64,000 nucleotides of DNA. Source: Octopus sinensis (taxonomy: Eukaryota). Positions 52,667 through 64,000 of the stretch are shown here, one piece after another. Each line of letters begins with the position of its first letter. Positions within the stretch are counted from its first letter, which is position 1. A program made the translations under genes and the position numbers. The notes below the pieces were generated by a model that was not told the DNA's origin, made no database searches, and was given only the letters and a program-made list of their open reading frames with translations. Where the stretch lies: positions 27,218,001 through 27,282,000 of the forward strand of contig NC_043013.1 in assembly GCF_006345805.1 (NCBI RefSeq), given 5' to 3'.

Positions 52667-52830
52667 TAGGTCAGGTCAGGTGCAAGAAGCATACACTGTA
52701 CTGCACATCACTGCATCCACAGTTTGTTGGGGATTCCCTACCGTTCCCTTTGCACCCCTCAGGTGACAACCCTCCAACTCATGGGTCCATTTGGGATAGT
52801 TGTTGCTGGTGAGTTTTACGAGGTCAAAGT
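52667..52830 (-). mobile_element. Highly degenerate RTE 3' end with (CCTGA)n tail
   Basis: The minus strand ends ...VDAVMCSTVYASCT* followed by CCTGACCTGACCT. Confidence 0.5.
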
Positions 52831-55557
52831 GAAAATCCTACCTCAATCTGTTTTAGTCGCTTTTTACGACACGCAGAAGAAATGCTGGATCTATTCTTTG
52901 GCATGCCAGTCCCTACAAAGCTATGGCATATTAGATGCAACCCAATTTCAGCAGGGCATATTCAAGAAAAGAGGTTTTAACACATTAAAGCTTATGTGAG
53001 GCCCAACTTCTCATAAATGGCTTCAGCTGATTTTTGTTTACTTTCTTTTATAAACATTTATCAAGAGGGACAAAAAGAAAATTGTATCTTATATACCATC
53101 AACTATGGTAAGTTTTTGCTTTCTTTCTGGCCATAAAGAAAAGCTTAGTTTCAGCACCACAGCTTCAATCCAAATTACTTGAAACTGGGAGCTGAGGACG
53201 GACAGAGGAGATGAGTGAAATTCTGCTTTAATCTCTAGAAGTGGTTCTTTTCTAGTTGTGACATTTGAACATTACTAATGCTTGTACTAGCTATATTTCA
53301 GCCTAAGCATTTCTCTTCGGGATTTTTTGTTTTTTTTTTTATGCATGATTAGTAAAAACTAATTCAGGTGATCAATGGAATTGTCTGTTTTTAGGCAGCT
53401 TTTTTTGCTTCTGAGTGTTATTTACAGAAATTTTACTCCAGCTTTTCCTAATCCTACTCTTAATATTTCATTGAAATTATTACAAAAATAGATTGTAAAA
53501 TCAATGCTAAAACCTTTTCATATTGATTTTAACCCTTTGGAAATGCAGATAAAAGCGTAGTTAAGCTGCAACTAACTTGAAATAGCTTAATGTTAGTTAT
53601 AATGTTCGACTAACTTCAGTTGAGTATCAAAAAGAAAAATGTCAAACCCGATGATGGGATCTATTTAATATTGTTTTACTTAACATTGTTATGAGCTTTA
53701 ATGGAGGCAGGAAGCTGGCAGAGTTGTTATGGTACCAGGCTAAATGCTTAGCAACATTCCATTCGTCTTTATTACTGAGTTCAAATTCTGCTGCGGTCGA
53801 CTTTGCCTTTCATCCTTTCAGAATCGATAAAATAAGAACCAGTTGAGGTCTCAGGTCGATCTAATCAACTTACCCCCACCCCTGAACTTACTGGTCTTGT
53901 GCTAAAACTTGAAACCATTATTATGAACTTTAATGCCACCACCACATTCTATTTAGAATGGCATTAACCAATATATTCCCCTTTCTTTTTGCAAGATAAT
54001 AGCACATCATTTTAGAGAGATTTAACTGCTGTTTCTAGCAAGCCGAATGATCACACAGAGGCTCCATCAAGATGGTGCCACATCATGTCAGACATTTGTT
54101 TCTTCATAGTTAACATGGTGTGTTACTTAATCCAGCTAAGAACTGGACTGTTGCAGTCTTGAGTTTATTTTAGTGTCTTCTTGGGCCCACTCGCGTCACC
54201 CAACTCCTTGTTTGTTTCATTTAGTTAGGGACATGTTATAAACTCACCATCCATACACAGAATATGATGATGCTTTGACACTCTGCAGTTTATGGTGTCA
54301 CTGATGATGCTTATGATGATGATGAGGAAGAAGCCTGATCTGTTAGTTTTGCTGAATGTTGCAGCCATTCAAGCCTCAGAACCATCCACTCATCATATCA
54401 TTGTTACTCAAGCATGACAGTGTGGTTAAGAAGCTCACTTTGCTATCATGTCGCTGCAAGTTCAGTCCCACCACAAGTGTCTTCTACAAGTACCCCCAGG
54501 CTGACCAATGCTTTGTGAGCAAACTTGCTTGATGGACACTGTGTGGAAGCCCATGATGTATGGATGTGTATTTCTCCCTGTCCCTTGAACTACCATTTGA
54601 CACCTGGTGTTAGTTTCTTTATGCCCCTATAACTTAGTGGTATGCCAAAAAGAGACTGATAAAATAGGTGCCAAACTTAAAAGAATAAGTACTGGGGTCA
54701 ATTTGTTGTGATTAAATCCTTCAAAGTGGTGCCCCAGCATGGCCACAGTCCAATGACTGACACCAAGTTGTATTGGTAGGTCAGTCTCCCAGCAAACTCA
54801 GCATGAGCCGAGTTGCAAGACAAATGCTGGGGCTGTTTGAATTATAATACATAATTCATTACAATACATAATTTATTATAATACGTGCGTGAACCCTGCT
54901 TTATGAGGGAAATGATTTCCCTTTAAACATCAGTCCATTTTCAATACTATAATCACATGTTACAACAGACTGGAGGTTTGCATTGACAATTAATCGCTAA
55001 CCTTAATTGAACCATATTAAACTAAACTACATCTAATGCTTAAAACAAAATAACTCTGAATGACACGATTTCATCTAACTTCGCCTTACTTAGAAGAATT
55101 TCAATATCCAGTTGTTTGTTTGTAGTCGCATCATAATTTGGTTGGAATTATCCATTGTTGTTTGTGTTGCTTACATATTTATATATTTATTTTCTTTAAA
55201 TTTAATCTTTCTTTCCATTGTCATCTTATATAATATAATTGTGAAATAATGATACTGTTTATCAATATGGTCACTTGTTCGGTGTTACATTGGAGTGTGT
55301 GATCTACCTAAAGTAATATGAAATATGGATGATGCTTCTGGTATTATAGGGAAAGGGGTAGAATTGCTGTCAGAGCTTTTGATATCTAACGTTTCTGGTT
55401 GTTGATTATTTCCTCCGCCTTGTACTCCTCCCTCGCATATGCCTCCCCCCTCTCTCTCTCTCTCTCTCTCTTTGACTGTTTTGAATTAAATGTTTTTAGG
55501 AAGTTTTCTTTTTTTGCCTTTTCTAAACATTTACTTTTTGTCCTTGTTCGCATCCAG

Positions 55558-55673
55558 CCATTGAACGGAAACAAATGAAAGAACAAGAAAAGCAGGTTAA
55601 ACAACAGGAAAAGCTAAAACGTCAAGAACAACTGCGAATGGAACGAGAAATTCGGGCTCAACAAGTCTTGGAG
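55558..55673 (+). CDS. BAZ2B: BAZ2-like exon, coiled coil (AIERKQMKEQEKQVKQQEKLKRQEQLRMEREIRAQQVLE); phase 1 to 0; last exon seen in the window
   Basis: Resembles BAZ2B KQQEKIKRIQQIRMEKELRAQQILE (recalled). Acceptor catccag|CC, donor GAG|GTAAGT. The DDT, PHD and bromodomain exons must lie beyond 64000. Confidence 0.93.
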
Positions 55674-56989
55674 GTAAGTCGATGCATCATATTCCTCTTT
55701 TGAAATATTGTTCATGTTTGGTAAGTTTTTTTTTTTTGTTTTTTTTTAAACCTTTGTTCTGTATACTAATTCTAGCAATCAGTACCGATTCTATGTATGA
55801 TAAATCCATATAAATTGTATATTATTTATTGTTAAAAAATACTATTTAGCTGCTTGTTATACTCTAAAAAAAAGGCAATTAAGCAGCTTAATGGGGAACA
55901 AAAGATTTCATAATTGCTAATTAGTCTGAGTTTCAATAGCTCTTAATATAATTTCTGTATCAGTAGTGATCATCATCATTATCATCATTTTGTGCTGGCT
56001 TTCCATATTGGCATGAGCTGGACAAGGTATCTCAGTAGGAGATGACACTTCCCTCCTAAATGGATTGGAGGACCATGGTTCACTTGTATGTTGCATTTGC
56101 AGCATAGTTGCTGCATAAAGTGGTTGTTGCCCTTCTCAACAACAATCATTCTATGGAGTGCTCTGGGTGCATTTCATCATGTCACCTGCACCAGACAGGT
56201 TGCCGTGTCCTCAGTAAGGCTAAAAAAAATCCTCTTTGGTCTCCACTTATTCACCAACCACATTACAGTGTGATGTGTTTTACTGTCACACCAGCACTAG
56301 TAAGGTTGCCTTGTACGCTGCAAGACTTAAAGAGGAGTCCTCTCTTCTCTTAGGTGTCTCCATTTGTTCAAGGCAAGATGATCAAAGTACAATTAGAGAA
56401 ACAAAGTGATTGGAGTGAGTGGATGTCGGAAGAGGAAGTGTCATAACAAAATTTTTGCATAATTACAATATAGGCTAATTAAATACAATTTTACTAATTT
56501 AAACATCTTTTTCTTTCTTTATTCAATACAAAATAATACTTAAGCACCACTGTGGTTGGTGATGGTGATTGGGATCAATATCATCAAAGATTTTGCTACT
56601 AACTGAATAAATAGGATCCAAAGGAAATGCATTTTATCGCTGCTGGAATCTAACACATTATAAACTCTCGTTAAATGCTTAATTATTACTCTTTTTTAAG
56701 TTGTTGATTAATTTATGAAATTATCTACATGATTATTGAAGCCAGCATGGCTGTGTGGCCAACAAGTTGGCTTCCCAACCACATGGTTTTGGGTTCTGTC
56801 CCCCTGCACGGCACCTTAGGCAAGTGTCTTTGGCTATAGTTCTCGACTGATCAAAGCTTTGTATGTGGATTTGGTAGGTGGAAACTGAAAGAAACCCCTT
56901 CATATGTTTGTGTCTCTTTTTCTTGCCATCATTTAATTGTTGTAAATGAATGTCATTCATTTCCAATATTCTTTGGAAATGTGTTTGGT

Positions 56990-57398
56990 ACAGTTCTATA
57001 TTTAAGAGATGAGGAATTATCTACATTATTTACATTTGACGGATATTTGTCCTCATCTTGTTTGTTGTCAACACAACGTTTCGGCTGATATACCCTCCAG
57101 CCTTCATCAGGTGTCTTGGGGAAATTTCGAACCTGGGTTCTCATTCCTAAAGTATTTTTCGATGTTGTTGTTGTTGTTATTATTATTATTATTTAGGTCA
57201 TTGCCTGGAATCGAACTCAGAATCTTGGGGTTAGTAGCCTGCATTCTTAACGCCTTATACCTGTGGGCATATGGCTTAGTGGTTAAGAGTACAGGCTACT
57301 AACTCCAAGATTCCGAGTTCGATTCCAAGCAGTGACCTTAATAATATCGAAAAATACCTTAAGAATGAGAACCCAGGTTCAAAATTTCCTCAAGACAC
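56990..57398. mobile_element. Palindromic element: two divergent tRNA-like heads, (AAT/AAC)n spacer and a Penelope-like tail with a hammerhead
   Basis: 57111-57260 is the reverse complement of 57265-57398. The left arm continues through a hammerhead to a tail shared with 26801-26941. Confidence 0.88.
57070..57115 (-). ncRNA. Minimal type I hammerhead ribozyme (Penelope-like-element type, probably dimer-dependent)
   Basis: GACAC-CUGAUGA-A-GGCUG(GAGGGUAUAU)CAGCC-GAAAC-GUU-GUGUU: stem I 5 bp, stem II 5 bp, palindromic AACGUU stem III, predicted cleavage after GUU (57075/57074). Confidence 0.85.
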
Positions 57399-59012
57399 AT
57401 CCACCTTTCCATGTTTGCATGGGTCAAATGGAATTTGTTAAGGTGGATTTTTTTACATCAAGATACCTTTCCTGTTCTCAACCTTTACCTGTTTCCAAAT
57501 GAGGTAATATTTCCCCACAAGACATTTTCTCAGAAGATTGGAAATGAAGGGTGCCACTTGTATGACAACAACACTCGCTTACAACTATATCATATGATAT
57601 CAAAGCAAGGGGACAGTAAAATACATACACACACACAGAATGGGCTTCTTTCAGTTTCCATCTACCAAGTCAACTCACAAGGCTGTGGCTATAGTTGAAG
57701 ACACTTGCCTGACGTGGGACTGAACCTAAAACCATGTATTTTGGAAGCAAACTCCTTACCACTGAACCACACCTGTTCCTTTATTTCAATTAATTTTTGA
57801 AATGATGAGTAATTTAGGAAAACAACTTTATCGTTCTTGCACTAATGTTTTGAAACATAGATTAACATGAATTTCAGATCGCTTTAAAGCAGGAACCAGA
57901 GATGACAGCTTCAGGTGGGTTAGTACCAAAAGATTCAAGTTCTTGTAATCTTCTTGAAGCCATGTTGTTGAAAAATAAATTTTAAAAATTGCTCAGCTCA
58001 TCTCTTGTTTGGTTCCGTAACTTTCAGGGTAAACATGGCTCTGTACATGCTCTTGAAATTCCTTTAAATGGTAGTTTTCTTTTAAATATGTTTATTGTTT
58101 GAACTGTGTTTACTTTACATATATTTCTAGCTGTTGATGTTTATTCAAAACCTCTCTTAATTATCAACTTCTTACCCTTCCAGTCCAATCTGTTTTGGTA
58201 TCACCTGGAACGAGTAAGTCGCTGCATGAATATTTCAAAATGCGAATGTATTTGAAACTGTGTACTCTGATAGACATTATCAAAGTACATTTTTTTAATA
58301 TAAATTGTAGTGTACAGGCTGTAGTTTTATATGTAGAGATTTGCTTGCTACCATTATTTTTATTATTATTATTATTATTAGCCTTTGCTAACATGGACTC
58401 TAACTTGGTTTCTTTACTTTATACCCCATCTCCCTTTTTCTTATGTATCTTTTTTAATTGCTGCTATGGTATTTTTGAAGATTTTGTTCTTGCTTTTTAT
58501 TTATTGTTGTCCATTTTATTGTTTGTTTGTTTGTTTTGTTTTGTTTGTTTTTTTGGTGGTTGATTTGGATTTGTGACTTTCTCATCACATTATGTATCTT
58601 GCTGCAAAGAAAAAATAGTAATAATAATAGGAGTAAACATAATTTTGTTATCATACTTATAGCTTAAAGCTATGAAAAAGTTTGGTCCACAGGGAGTAAA
58701 CATAATACATTATAAGTTCAAAAACATCAGCCTACTAACCAAATGAAGTTATAATAATAATAATAATAATAATAATCTTTTAAATATATACTCAAGGCTT
58801 GAAATTTTGAGAGTGGGGGTTTAATCAATTACATCAAACCAGTGCCTAACTGGTGCTTATTTTATTGTCCACCCCTACCCATCCTCCCAAATTATAAAAA
58901 GCAAAGTTGATCTTGGTAGAATTTGAACTCTGAATGTAAAGCCAGAAAAAAAAAATTCCACTAGCCATTTTGTCTGGCATGCTAATGATTCTACCAGCTT
59001 ACTGCCATAATA

Positions 59013-59084
<72 letters not shown>

Positions 59085-61432
59085 GTAGTAGTAGTTCTTT
59101 CTAATTTGGGGGCAAGGTAATCAATTTTGAAGGGCGGGGTAAATCAATTATATCGATCACCAGTGCTCAGCTTGAACTTATTTTATTGCACCCACCCAAA
59201 CCGATAGGATCAAAAGCGAAGTCAGCCACAACGGTGTTTTGTACTCCGAATGTAAAGAGAGCTGGAAGAAATGCCACCAAGCATTCTGCCCAGCACAGTA
59301 ACAATTCTGCCAGTTCATTGCTATTATAATAATAATAATAATGATTATAATATTGGAATCTGTGTGAAATGAAGAGAGGAGATTGTCCTCGTTATAAACA
59401 AACAAGAGGAAAAAATATGCCTGTCAGTTTCTTGGACATCATCTGTCGATACATAGGATGTATTGTTAGAACCAGCTCAGCTTCTACATGGCTTTAGACA
59501 TGAAATACATTCACACACAAACACACACACGTGCACAAAATCTCAACTGTATGCACTTAGAATGCAGGAAGTTGAGTTTAGTGTTTGACTGTGACTCTGA
59601 GGTGTGGAAATAAGTTGTAGATCTTATTACTGTTTGTCATGGTGCTGTGCCCCACAAAAAACAGGGCACCCTTCTCTGACTGCTATAATTTGATTGATTA
59701 ACCAATGGAAAATGCTTTCGTTCCTAATTTATGATTAAGTTTTGTTAGCAGTTAGGGAAGGCATCTAAGTGTAAAAATATCCATTGTTCCAGAAAGTAAA
59801 CTACTTCATTAGAAATAGTATGCTTTAACCACAAAAAAAATAATAAATAATAATAAATTAAAAAAAGAATCATTAAAAAACATTCATAAAATAGAATATA
59901 AGTTTATATGTGTGTCAAATTTTACAAATAATAATTAAAATTTCTAATTTAATTGTTTTTGATAAGAGCTCCCACAGGCTTTTTCATGTTTTTCTCTTTT
60001 CTTAATCAAACTTCTTTTACATCCATACACACACAGTTCTGTGCTCTCTCTTTCTCTCTCTCTCTCTCTCTCTGTCAACATAGGGATTCGATGACTGGAC
60101 TGCCAATGAAATAAGAACAAATGTCCAGGGGGTTTTGTTGTTGATGCTTATGGCTTTCTTGAAAGGGGCAAGGCAATACCTATGACTCCCCCCCCCCCCG
60201 GAAGTCATTAAGACTGATGACAGTAAAAGGGGACCAGAAAGTTATGATTAACAGATTGTCCTCTAGTCAAAACTGGGTGTGTATTCTGCAGAAGCCCCCC
60301 CCCCCCCCGAAGCCCAAGTGTTGATTAAATCCTATAAACATAGACATATCTAATTAGTAATGGTAGGTATAGGGTTATATTCTAACTCTGATTAGAAAAA
60401 CTATAATTGTTATGATACCGAACTTCAAGAACTCATAAGTTCTCTTACGACTGGCATTTAGTTTTGTTCTGCTTTTGAAAATACTTTGGCCAGTGTTTAT
60501 GTCATAAGAATTTAGAATCTTCAAAAGACATGAAATAAATCATCTTTAATGGTGGCACTTGAAGTAGATACAGCTATAAATAATAGCATATAGAATATTG
60601 GATTAGGGAAAAACTCATGGATGTGCATATGTCATGTTTACATCTGTGGGTTCAAGTCCCACAAACAGCCTTCAATTTTTTTCTATCCAAAGGGGTTTTT
60701 TTTTTTTACCTTTGTATTTACACATTTATAGCTTTATCTGCTTCAAGTTTCACCATTCCAGAAAAGAAATGATTCAAGTTTCTCAGTTTCTAAATGCTTA
60801 TGACAAAAAACAGCAATAGATTCTTGTTGGTAAGAACAAAGCTTCTAAATTGGATGAAGAAATTCAAAGGATTCCTTTGGTGCTGTGGAAGAATGTCTGT
60901 GCAGTTTACAGGCGTTCGGCAGCCTTTGATTTTTTTTTTTTCCCCTGCCATCCAAAAGGTTACTTTGTTACCCAATATTCTATGAAAGATTATTTATAAG
61001 TTTTATCTACTTTGAGTTCTGCCATTAAAAACAGTTTACTTAGTCCAATGTTTTCAGACATTTCTGTGACTTTTTGCTAAATCTCTCTCTGCTTACAGTA
61101 CATAACACTTATTCCTGATGTTTAACCCTTTAGCATTCAGATTGCTTTGTCAAATACAATATTTATTTATTCACATTGTCTTGAATTAGTCATATATTAT
61201 CTTGTAGCTTTGAGATTTTGATAATGTGATTGTGTATTTTTAGACTGATATTGTAAGGTTGGTGTGAGAAGCCAAATCTGACCAGGTTTAAACATAAATC
61301 AGAGAATATTTGGGCTGAATATGGCCAGTTTAAATGCTAAAGGGTCAATGATTGTGTGTATGGAGGACCTGTGTAATAGCACTGATTCTACAGAAGCACA
61401 GAAGAATCTTTCAAGATCATTTAGTAGTGATC

Positions 61433-61738
61433 ATCATCGTTTAACGTCCATTCTCCATGCTAGCATGGGTTGGACGGTTCGACCGGGGATCTGGGAAGCC
61501 AGAAGGCTGCACCAGGCTCCGGTCTTATCTGGCAAAGTTTCTACAGCTGGATGCCCTTCCTAACGCCAACCACTCCGTGAGTGTAGTGGGTGCTTTTTAC
61601 GTGCCACCTGCACAGGTGCCAGGCGAGGCTGGCATCGGCCACGGTCGGATTGGTGCATTTTACGTGCCACCGGCACGGAAGCCAGTCGAGGTGGCACTGG
61701 CTTCGGCCACGATTCGGATGGTGCTTTTTACGTGCCAC
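61433..61738 (-). mobile_element. RTE-X 3'UTR-only fragment (others at about 4225-4370+, 7263-7550-, 22135-22230-, 30860-31060+, 45915-46030-, 47570-47700+)
   Basis: Closely matches 50651-50850, including the CATCATCGTTTAACGTCC end and repeated GGTGCTTTTTACGTGCCAC modules. Confidence 0.85.
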
Positions 61739-62344
61739 ATCTTCCAAAAATTACCGAAGCCATTAATAAATGCCCATACTTCACAAGATGAATTTTTCAG
61801 CCTCTCCTGGCATGCAACATTACTTCCTAAACATACAAGGAATCTGAATTCACAGATTTTAAGGGGTTTTATTTGATGAGGTTTATTGGACCCTTCTGAT
61901 TATGGCTGTCTTTGAAGTGTTGACATAAAGACCAATGACTTATACATATCTTACAGCATAATTGCTAATTATTTTATCATCCACCACCCTTCCTCATCTT
62001 GCCCCAGGAGGAGGATAAATAATAAAAATCAGAACTTTTTTTTTCTCAATTTGTGTTGAGAAATTAATTTTTATAAGTCAATTTGTTAATTGGACACAGG
62101 CGGTAGTTTAAATTGATTACAAATTAGCAGTTTACTAATTAATTAAAGGAATAAAAGAAAGGAAAGGCTTCCAGATAGGATAAACTAACTAATCTAAAAT
62201 TACTGTGGATAGTTTTACTCATTTCTTTCTTCTTTTTTTTTAATTTTTAAGAGATGTGCATAATTGCTTGCAAATTTTTCATTTTTTATCATTATTTTGA
62301 TCTTTCAAAAAAGAAAGAGAATGTTGCCTAATGATGATTATATA

Positions 62345-62463
<119 letters not shown>

Positions 62464-62473
62464 TGATAGATAG

Positions 62474-62518
<45 letters not shown>

Positions 62519-64000
62519 AAAGAGAGGGAGGATGTGGGGCCCCTATGCTGTTGCTTGACCAGCTAGAAAAAATGTCAGCACTCCCTCATTTACACCCTAT
62601 TGTCTTACAAGGAAAAAGAGTGTTGGTCATGGCTGGAATGCCTTAAACATTTAGTATTTAAACCAGTCATATCTGGCCCAAATATTCTACCTGCTTTATG
62701 TTCAAACTGGCCAGATCCAGCTTCTCACACCTATCCTACAATGTCATTCTAAAAATAGACAATAGCATCATTGAAGTCTCAAAGCTACAAGACAGTACAT
62801 GATTATTTCAAAATAATATGAATAAATAAGCTTTATGTTTGGCAGAATAATTTGAATGTGAAAGGGTCAGATCACAGGCTTGTTTGTTCAGGACTAACTT
62901 GAAGCTAAACATCAACAACAATAACAACAACTATCTCATTGTATTTATCTTCATCAGTCTGTGTCTTCAGTTCAAAACATACTCACCTTTTCGTTACCGT
63001 AGTTACTTTGAGATGCTCTCTGCTTTTTTCTGTTAATTTTTGAATATAACAAAGAATTTAGTAAAATAACTTAGTTATCATTAGGTTAGTGTTAGGAACA
63101 TGAATTGTGACTAAGGTTTGGTGGAAGATTTTAATTCAAAACCTATGAAAAATAAGACATTTGTATTACAGAGCCAGAGCAGGTTCAGCTGGGTTGGGTA
63201 TCGAAAGGATTAAGTCAGGGGTGGGGGAGGGGCTATCATAATCATTTGGTTTTATAGACTTGATATGTTGTGTTGGCAATTGCCTTGGTAAATATTCAAT
63301 AAACTAATATCTTAATTTAATATCCTTTCTGCTATAGGCACAAGGGCTGAAATTGGGGGAAGGAGGCCGGTTGATTTCATCCACCTTAGTTCTTAACTGA
63401 TACTTATTTGTACTTATTTTATTGACTTCAAAAGGCAAAGTCAACCTCAGCTGCATTTGAACTCAATGTAAAGACAGGCAAATGCCTCTAAGCATTTTTG
63501 TCCAGCATGTTAGTGATTCTGCCAGCTTGCTGCCTTATTTCTGAATTTGATATCAATAACCAGAAATGCATGACTATCACAACCTTTTATTTTGTCTTTT
63601 GTGCCGAAATATTTTATGTTTTTTTTTTTGTTTTGTTTTGTTAACATTAATATACTTAGAGAATAATTTTTTTCAATTATTATCAAATTTTAATGATTTA
63701 ATTAAAAATTAACTTTTGCTTCACTCCCAGGGCATCCCTACCGCTACTCTCCAATATTTTGAAGTTCTGTATTAAAGTAGATATTTTTTAAAAGTTAAAC
63801 ATAAAAAAAAAAGGAAAATCTTTTTATTCTTTCTTCTTTAACCAATTCTATCTCCTGCGAAAAATACTTTTGAGATAGCTTTATTATGCACATAGTTCAT
63901 TTTATTATTACTCGGGGGTTTTTATTCCTTTTTTTTTTAAGTGAAATTTTAGCATTTTTAAAATTTATTTCTATAGATAGCCTTAGCTTCTTTTTGTCAT

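Noticed and set aside
52830-52999. Possible third inverted RT segment next to the RTE tail at 52667 (VLVAFYDTQKK)
   Set aside because: Similarity to the RT motif is too weak to call by eye.
57265-57337. Possible functional tRNA gene (ACT loop), also at 7720-7782
   Set aside because: The acceptor stem pairs poorly and the sequence is embedded in a dispersed palindromic repeat; treated as a tRNA-derived head.

Overview
Eukaryotic, AT-rich and microsatellite-dense DNA. It is most likely a coleoid cephalopod (Octopus-like); this is inferred from the repeat landscape, not proven. The window lies inside one large plus-strand gene, a BAZ2/toutatis (BAZ2B-like) ISWI-complex subunit. Ten GT-AG coding exons (10533-55673) splice with consistent phases into about 580 codons, covering an S/T-rich N-terminus, an AT-hook, a PLDLK motif, an acidic Ser/Asp tract, the MBD/TAM domain and the start of the coiled coil. 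The gene starts before and continues beyond the window. The introns hold a decayed mariner, Tx1/L1 and RTE/RTE-X LINE fragments, several tRNA-derived SINE families, TA- and TTAA-flanked MITEs and a long-TIR fold-back element. The most unusual signal is a palindromic element with two divergent tRNA-like Pol III heads and a tail carrying a Penelope-type minimal hammerhead ribozyme; it occurs three times, two copies with 12-14 bp target-site duplications. Also notable are a candidate restorative A-to-I site (Ser to Gly) in the MBD, a frame-preserving 39-nt cassette exon, a PHD finger embedded in an RTE-X reverse transcriptase, and two RTE insertions with 5'-inversion geometry. Exon boundaries are read to the base; most repeat boundaries are approximate. 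Nearly all ORFs in the supplied track are microsatellite or repeat artefacts.
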